A stretch of 32,036 nucleotides of DNA from a virus (taxonomy: Duplodnaviria; Caudoviricetes). Shown piece by piece: positions 27,515 through 32,036 of the stretch. The position numbers and the translations under genes are program-made. How positions within the stretch are numbered: the first letter of the stretch is position 1; every line of letters starts with the position of its first letter. The stretch is from the IMG/VR virus record IMGVR_UViG_3300012940_000072, positions 1 through 32,036 of that record; one strand, written 5' to 3'. Below the pieces are notes generated by a model. It worked only from the letters and a program-made list of their open reading frames with translations, made no database searches and was not told the origin of the DNA.

Positions 27515-27633
27515 ATTCGCCCTCTTGTAAAGAAACCCAAGGGAATGCTCTCGACCGCTTGGCGGGAGTTGTACACCGTTCACTGGTGCGATTCACCGTA
27601 TGGGTTTCTTTACAAAGGGGCGAATGCCCCTGT
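27515..27633 (-). promoter_or_regulatory. long inverted repeat with an overlapping terminator-like hairpin
   Basis: 25-bp arms at 27515-27539 and 27601-27625 (23/25 complementary). Alternative hairpin AGGGGC-ATTC-GCCCCT-TTG at 27612-27633. Confidence 0.7.
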
Positions 27634-27658
27634 TGTTCGATTGCCGGAAGGATGCTGC

Positions 27659-27904
27659 TTACGCGGATTCGACGTTGCCGTCCGCGTCGGCGTTGCCGTC
27701 CGCATCGGAATCGACTTCCAGATTGATCGGCGTACCGTTCTTGTACGCGATTGCTGCCGCAGCCAGCTTGTCGGAAAGTTTTGTCACATTAGCGTTCGCT
27801 GCATCCAATTTCTCTTGCAGCTTATCCGCCGTGCGCCGGGCAGCGGACAGTTCCTTCATAATCGATTGCAATGCTTTCTGGTTTTGCTCATGTACGGTTG
27901 CCAT
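27659..27904 (-). CDS. coiled-coil protein with acidic tail (81 aa)
   Basis: Start reassigned to ATG 27904 (AGAGGA SD); MATVHEQNQKALQ...DSDADGNADADG. Confidence 0.75.
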   Translation of the reverse strand: MATVHEQNQKALQSIMKELSAARRTADKLQEKLDAANANVTKLSDKLAAAAIAYKNGTPINLEVDSDADGNADADGNVESA

Positions 27905-27977
27905 GTTTATTCCTCTTTCTGCCCCTTTGGGCGATTTATTTATTGTACGGCCTTTGGCCGTTACAAACGGAATTCTT

Positions 27978-28472
27978 TCAGAACGGCAAATCGTCATCCG
28001 AAATGTCAATCGGAGCGTCCAGCGGATTCGCCCGGCCAACAACCGCATTTGCGAGAACCGAACCGTCTACCGCGTGTTCGGACAACTTGTAGAAATTGAC
28101 CTTCGTTTGCGGCTTGCCTTGGTAATCTTCGTTCTTCGTCTTGACGCGAACGGGCTGGTACGCAATGGCTTCGGCGATTTCATCGATAGAATCGAATTCG
28201 CGGCCATCTTCGAAACCAAGCGCGCCGAAAAGCTGGAAGAACTTGAATTGGGTACTTTCAGAAGCAATCAGGTTATCGAACAGCTTGCGCTTGGCCCCTT
28301 CTTGCTCCACGTCTTCGCGTACCGTCAATTCCAGCTTCAACATCGGAGCGCCCTTGGTCTTCTCGCCTTGCGATTCGGTGATTTTGATAGCCGAAATGAT
28401 ACACTCGTACTCGCCTACTGGCAACGGTTCGAATCCGCCTGCCTGTGAAGCATCGTGTTTCAGGAATGGCAT
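27978..28472 (-). CDS. ssb: single-stranded DNA-binding protein (DUF669-like)
   Basis: FEPLPVGEYECII, OB-fold-like strands and acidic tail DISDDDLPF; next to the Sak4-like gene. Confidence 0.85.
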   Translation of the reverse strand: MPFLKHDASQAGGFEPLPVGEYECIISAIKITESQGEKTKGAPMLKLELTVREDVEQEGAKRKLFDNLIASESTQFKFFQLFGALGFEDGREFDSIDEIAEAIAYQPVRVKTKNEDYQGKPQTKVNFYKLSEHAVDGSVLANAVVGRANPLDAPIDISDDDLPF

Positions 28473-28507
28473 AATCCTTGTCCTCCCTCAAATTTATCGG
28501 TAATGCC

Positions 28508-28537
28508 AGTGTACCACGTTGCATATCAGATGTGCAA
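28508..28537 (-). promoter_or_regulatory. SigA-type extended -10 promoter for ssb, overlapped by a palindrome
   Basis: TTGCAC-N18-TACACT with TG-n before the -10; inverted repeat TTGCACATC-T-GATATGCAA (28519-28537). Confidence 0.55.
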
Positions 28538-28540
28538 GAT

Positions 28541-29401
28541 TCAATTTTGAGAATCTGGTGTTATGGCAGATTCTTCGACTTTGCGATATCCGATGTACGG
28601 CAGAATCTTCGACCATTGCACCGTAGGGATGAATTTGGGCAACTTTTCCCGCTTCTCAATCGGCATCCGCGCGTCGGCTTGGATAATGTCAAACTGTTGG
28701 GTATACACGCCGCGAACGAATGTCTTTTTGTCTTTGTCTTTAGGGTCCAAAACCTTATCCATGTAGAACACCGCATCGACAGCAGACATAATACGCGGCC
28801 CGGCGTATTTGCCCTGCAAAGCAAGCTGGATTCTAGCTGCCTTTTTGGTAATCTCGCTGTTGATCGCCATGTCGTGTCCCATCCAGATAGAACAGAATCC
28901 TTTGGTACGCGTCATGGACTGCCAATCCCGAATCTCTTCGACCTCCGTTCTTTGTAAGTCATCCCAATCCGTTTGGGCACCGAACTTGCCCTGAATTTCT
29001 CTGGAACGATTCGGTGCAAATACGTTGGCTACCCAATATTTCACCAGTTCTTCGAACCGGGTAAACCCATCGAATGCAACGACGTCCACTTTCGGTACCG
29101 GAACCTTCTCGCCTTTGATGACAAAGTATCCGCGCTCGATACTGCGCTTGAACTCCATATAGGAGTTATCATAGCCAAGACGCTTCGTGTCGTCTTTGTC
29201 GGTGTCGAAATGGTCAATCGGATACACCGTCACGTTGTCCGCATTGTCGAGCGGACTTGTGTTGTGGTCCATGTCGCAAAGCAGTACCTTCAAATCAGGA
29301 TCGGCCAGCGATGATGTTTTGCCGACGAACGGTGGACCATAGAGAACGACTTGTCTGCCTTCTGGTCTTTCTTCCGGCGAAGGCCCAAGGAAATTTGCCA
29401 C
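28541..29401 (-). CDS. Sak4-like (AAA_24) recombinase ATPase
   Basis: VLYGPPFVGKTS, VVAFDGFT, DW..LQ, MGH; located between exonuclease and SSB. Confidence 0.85.
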   Translation of the reverse strand: MANFLGPSPEERPEGRQVVLYGPPFVGKTSSLADPDLKVLLCDMDHNTSPLDNADNVTVYPIDHFDTDKDDTKRLGYDNSYMEFKRSIERGYFVIKGEKVPVPKVDVVAFDGFTRFEELVKYWVANVFAPNRSREIQGKFGAQTDWDDLQRTEVEEIRDWQSMTRTKGFCSIWMGHDMAINSEITKKAARIQLALQGKYAGPRIMSAVDAVFYMDKVLDPKDKDKKTFVRGVYTQQFDIIQADARMPIEKREKLPKFIPTVQWSKILPYIGYRKVEESAITPDSQN

Positions 29402-29412
29402 GTATTACCCTC

Positions 29413-29505
29413 CTATATCCAAAGTAGTCTAACAATCATGTAGATAATCGCAATGACCGCAGAAGTGGCAACTGCAACTGCCATAATTCTTTCATTTGGA
29501 TTCAT
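29413..29505 (-). CDS. 30-aa single-TM micro-peptide
   Basis: MNPNERIMAVAVATSAVIAIIYMIVRLLWI*, with GGAGG SD; its stop overlaps the SD of the Sak4-like gene. Confidence 0.6.
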   Translation of the reverse strand: MNPNERIMAVAVATSAVIAIIYMIVRLLWI

Positions 29506-29683
29506 CCCCGGCCTCCAACTTCTGACCGCAGTATGGGCAAAACTTAATCCCATAACGCGTGTCTTCGTTCATGTCAACAAGCCGCCATGATGGGAACCCT
29601 GTCAAGACTTCGACACATCGAATTGCCATGTGTTCGGGCATATCCCGACATTCATGAGCTTTCAGTATCGGCATCCTCGTCAT
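29492..29683 (-). CDS. small Zn-ribbon protein
   Basis: HEC ... IKFCPYCGQKL; SD GGAGG. Confidence 0.7.
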   Translation of the reverse strand: MTRMPILKAHECRDMPEHMAIRCVEVLTGFPSWRLVDMNEDTRYGIKFCPYCGQKLEAGDESK

Positions 29684-30764
29684 CCTCCACGCGATCAGGA
29701 TTCGTCATGTACATCGTTTGACGGATGTACGTTGCATTTTCGCCGGATGCTTCTGCAAAGCAAAGGTGACGCATGTCGCAAGTGTTGCAATTGTGTGTCG
29801 GGTTACGGTAAAAACGCTGCTCTCGTTCTGCCCGGTCCATGTCATCGAAAATGTCTTCCATTTCATTGAACGCGGTTTGCAACTCTTGCGGCGTACGGCG
29901 GGCCTTGATCCGTTTGAAGAATCGGTTACCGTCCGGCCCCTCTTGTTCGGAAAGCATGACAAGGAAATCGTGGTAAGGATGGTCACTTGGAATAAGGTAA
30001 TGCCCCTCATGTTCGGGATCAGGTTGAATGTTCCCGAAAAGCCCGTGTTCTTTCAGCGCTTCGATATAAAGTGCGAACGTTGTACGCTGCGACTTATCAA
30101 CCGACAATCCGCCTTTGGATAGCTTCTTTGGAGGATGTGCAGGCGACTTGGAAAGAAGGTTATAAACCAATCCTTCAATACGGTTGTTTCCGCCAGTGAA
30201 TGGTTCCCATTTCCCGTTGACCAAGATTTCGCCTTGGCCGTTTAGCAACAACGTGACAGCACCCAAGTATCGGGTAATTTGTGCGTCATTCTGCGCGGCT
30301 GTGATGTAGCTGTCCATGCGCTTGACGTTTTTGTGATCTTCGATCCACAACATGCCGTGTTCATCCAGAAAGATGTGATCGACTGTCCCAGTGTACCAGT
30401 CATCCGTAGGGTAAGTGTCTGTGATCCGAACGCGGAACGTCAATTCGGTGAAAAGAGTTTTGCGTTTCGAATCATCCCACATCTTATGATAATCGATGGT
30501 AAGTGTGGCGTAAAGTTCGGCAAGTTCTTGGTACGTTGCCGGGTCCAGTTCTTTGCCTTTTTCCCGCATCAATTCTTCGCCAGTGGCAAATGCGTTGTCC
30601 CAATCCCGTGTTTCATTCAGGACTTGGATAAACTTGTGCATAACCGTGCCGAAGAATTTCGGCGTGGACGGGCGGATCAACACCAGATTGTCGATCCACT
30701 CATATTTCCACTTTCGCCTACACGCTTGGAATGTTGAAATTTCGCTGCCGCGCCGCATCTTCAT
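29652..30764 (-). CDS. PD-(D/E)XK Cas4/AddB-like exonuclease
   Basis: SEISTFQACRRKW, FGTVMH, GTVDHI..IEDHK, QITRY and C-terminal CNTCDMRHLC (four Fe-S-type cysteines). Confidence 0.85.
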   Translation of the reverse strand: MKMRRGSEISTFQACRRKWKYEWIDNLVLIRPSTPKFFGTVMHKFIQVLNETRDWDNAFATGEELMREKGKELDPATYQELAELYATLTIDYHKMWDDSKRKTLFTELTFRVRITDTYPTDDWYTGTVDHIFLDEHGMLWIEDHKNVKRMDSYITAAQNDAQITRYLGAVTLLLNGQGEILVNGKWEPFTGGNNRIEGLVYNLLSKSPAHPPKKLSKGGLSVDKSQRTTFALYIEALKEHGLFGNIQPDPEHEGHYLIPSDHPYHDFLVMLSEQEGPDGNRFFKRIKARRTPQELQTAFNEMEDIFDDMDRAEREQRFYRNPTHNCNTCDMRHLCFAEASGENATYIRQTMYMTNPDRVEDDEDADTESS

Positions 30765-30767
30765 CGT

Positions 30768-32036
30768 TTAGTCCCACCGATCCAATTTGTATTCGGACGT
30801 GCCCATTTCCGTTGTTACACGAACGTTCACGCTCCAATCCGAACCATACCGCAAACGAACCCCACACGCCGTAGCTTCATCGTACCCGGAAACGTGTGCG
30901 CTTCTGGAATACGCTTCGATTGTCGAACGAACTTCCCGAAGTTCGGATTTCAACATTTCAGGGAAAAGCGCATTTCCGGAACCGCCGTACTGCATATGCG
31001 TGTCCTTGGCCCCTTCGATGATGAAGAAAAGTGCCTTTCCTTGATGTTCATTTTCTTCGAACCACATGGACGGCTGGTACGTAATGCCTGTTACTTTGGT
31101 CCATCCCGGCGACAGGTTCCATTGACTTGCCGATGAACCGCCGTTGTAAACGTACCAGCTAACAGGATTGCGGCGATCTTCGTGGTCCCATTGCAAAATC
31201 GGCGGAGCGTCTTCGTGTTCAGCGGTCAAAAGCGCCGTGAAGCTGTCGTGCCGATTGACATAGAATTCAATCGATTGAGCGTACGGAAGTATCATTTTCG
31301 CAAACTTTTCCCAAGTCATCGTCTTGCTTGGAATGACCATTTTCTTCGGAACATCTTTATTGACCTTTGGTTTCAAATGGGCGAATACTCCATCTGTTTT
31401 TGCTTCCCATTGTGCAGGAGTCGGCTTCCAGATGGTTTTGATTTCTTCCAGCCGTGCAAATCTGCGATCCAACGCTTTGTAAAGGTCCAGCTTTTTGAAT
31501 ATCTTTTCAGCTTGGGCGATGTTTCCAGCAGACGGCGCAGCTTGTGGACGTTGGTATTTCAGCGGATGTATTTTCTCTTCAAACCGCCGTTTAATTTCAC
31601 GGAACACCGTGCCGGATTGGATGTCATCCAAGAGTGTTCCGATCATGGAATTACGAACGTGCGCGAATCCGACTGGTGCGGTCGCAACTGCCAACCAAAC
31701 AATGTTCGCGCGCCGTTTCTGGTCTTTGTACGTTCCGCGATGTTCGTGCAACTTCATGAACCATTCGGCTACGCCAAGTATCTTTTCGCTGCGATACAAT
31801 GATTCACTTCGCAAAACCGCAACGGCATTCCGAACTGTTTCCGGTGAGTATTCGCCGAGTGCTTGCTGAACCATTCTGTAATCTTCCCGGTACTCAGCCA
31901 TTTTCTGACCAGCGGTCAAGCGTTTATGTCTGAAAACCATGTTCGACGCAGGTAATACGTGCATGTGAGTCCATTCGCCCGTCTGCGGATTGCCCCACGT
32001 CTCGTCGCTGGAAAGGAATACGCCTGTAACCTTGGC
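30768..32036 (-). CDS. large phage protein of unknown function, 5'-truncated
   Basis: The frame stays open from 31964 to the window edge (AKVTGVFLSSDETWGNPQTGEWTH precedes the listed M). Motifs PLKYQRP, RRFARLEEI, NPVSWYVY, LFPEMLKSELREVRSTIEAYS. Confidence 0.8.
   Translation of the reverse strand, partial: AKVTGVFLSSDETWGNPQTGEWTHMHVLPASNMVFRHKRLTAGQKMAEYREDYRMVQQALGEYSPETVRNAVAVLRSESLYRSEKILGVAEWFMKLHEHRGTYKDQKRRANIVWLAVATAPVGFAHVRNSMIGTLLDDIQSGTVFREIKRRFEEKIHPLKYQRPQAAPSAGNIAQAEKIFKKLDLYKALDRRFARLEEIKTIWKPTPAQWEAKTDGVFAHLKPKVNKDVPKKMVIPSKTMTWEKFAKMILPYAQSIEFYVNRHDSFTALLTAEHEDAPPILQWDHEDRRNPVSWYVYNGGSSASQWNLSPGWTKVTGITYQPSMWFEENEHQGKALFFIIEGAKDTHMQYGGSGNALFPEMLKSELREVRSTIEAYSRSAHVSGYDEATACGVRLRYGSDWSVNVRVTTEMGTSEYKLDRWD

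Noticed and set aside
27491-27583. N-terminal extension of the primase-helicase in the ORF track
   Set aside because: It runs through the inverted repeat. AGGAGG-N9-TTG at 27490 is a much better start.
27540-27600. Multi-hairpin loop as a tRNA
   Set aside because: No T-loop (TTCRA), D-loop or acceptor-stem geometry.
29652-30764. Cas4-like nuclease as evidence of a CRISPR-Cas system
   Set aside because: No cas genes or array. Its context with Sak4 and SSB is the standard phage recombination module.
2356-30927. Many Spo0A-box heptamers (TGTCGAA/TTCGACA; roughly 17 by eye)
   Set aside because: All lie inside coding regions and none at the predicted promoters. Other NGTCGAA variants are also frequent because of GTC-GAA and TTC-GAC codon use. 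A codon-shuffled test would be needed.
1-32036. parS sites, CRISPR arrays, tRNAs, introns/inteins, integrase/att sites, DGR
   Set aside because: None recognised. CACGTG cores lack parS flanks, all tandem repeats are in-frame coding repeats, and polymerase and helicase motifs are contiguous.

Overview
A 32-kb segment of a tailed-phage genome, most likely a podovirus infecting a spore-forming Bacillota host. The SLH-domain endolysin and strong GGAGG Shine-Dalgarno (SD) sequences suggest an S-layer host such as Paenibacillaceae. The + strand (784-18042) carries the virion and lysis operon: scaffold, capsid-associated protein, major capsid protein, two beta-helix tailspikes, adaptor, nozzle, two large internal (ejected) proteins, and holin-endolysin-holin. 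No tape-measure, tail-tube, integrase or repressor gene is visible. The - strand (18075-32036) carries DNA metabolism: Cas4-like exonuclease, Sak4-like ATPase, SSB, a TOPRIM primase/MCM-like helicase fusion, family A DNA polymerase, dimeric dUTPase and a RuvC-like resolvase. The most striking observation is two cassettes oriented against their surrounding operons: an FtsK/SpoIIIE ATPase plus replication-relaxation protein (19127-20696, +) and a YdjM-like membrane hydrolase (267-620, -). Each is preceded by a sporulation-sigma-like promoter (SigE-like and SigG-like), which suggests a sporulation-triggered module for moving phage DNA into the spore. Also seen: a truncated Acb2/Tad1-like anti-defence sponge gene missed by the ORF track (<2-172), a candidate ~95-nt sRNA, tandem RNA hairpins in the scaffold leader, a large switch-like structure before the primase-helicase, and three unannotated membrane micro-peptides. 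All protein assignments come from motif recognition by eye; no database search was run.
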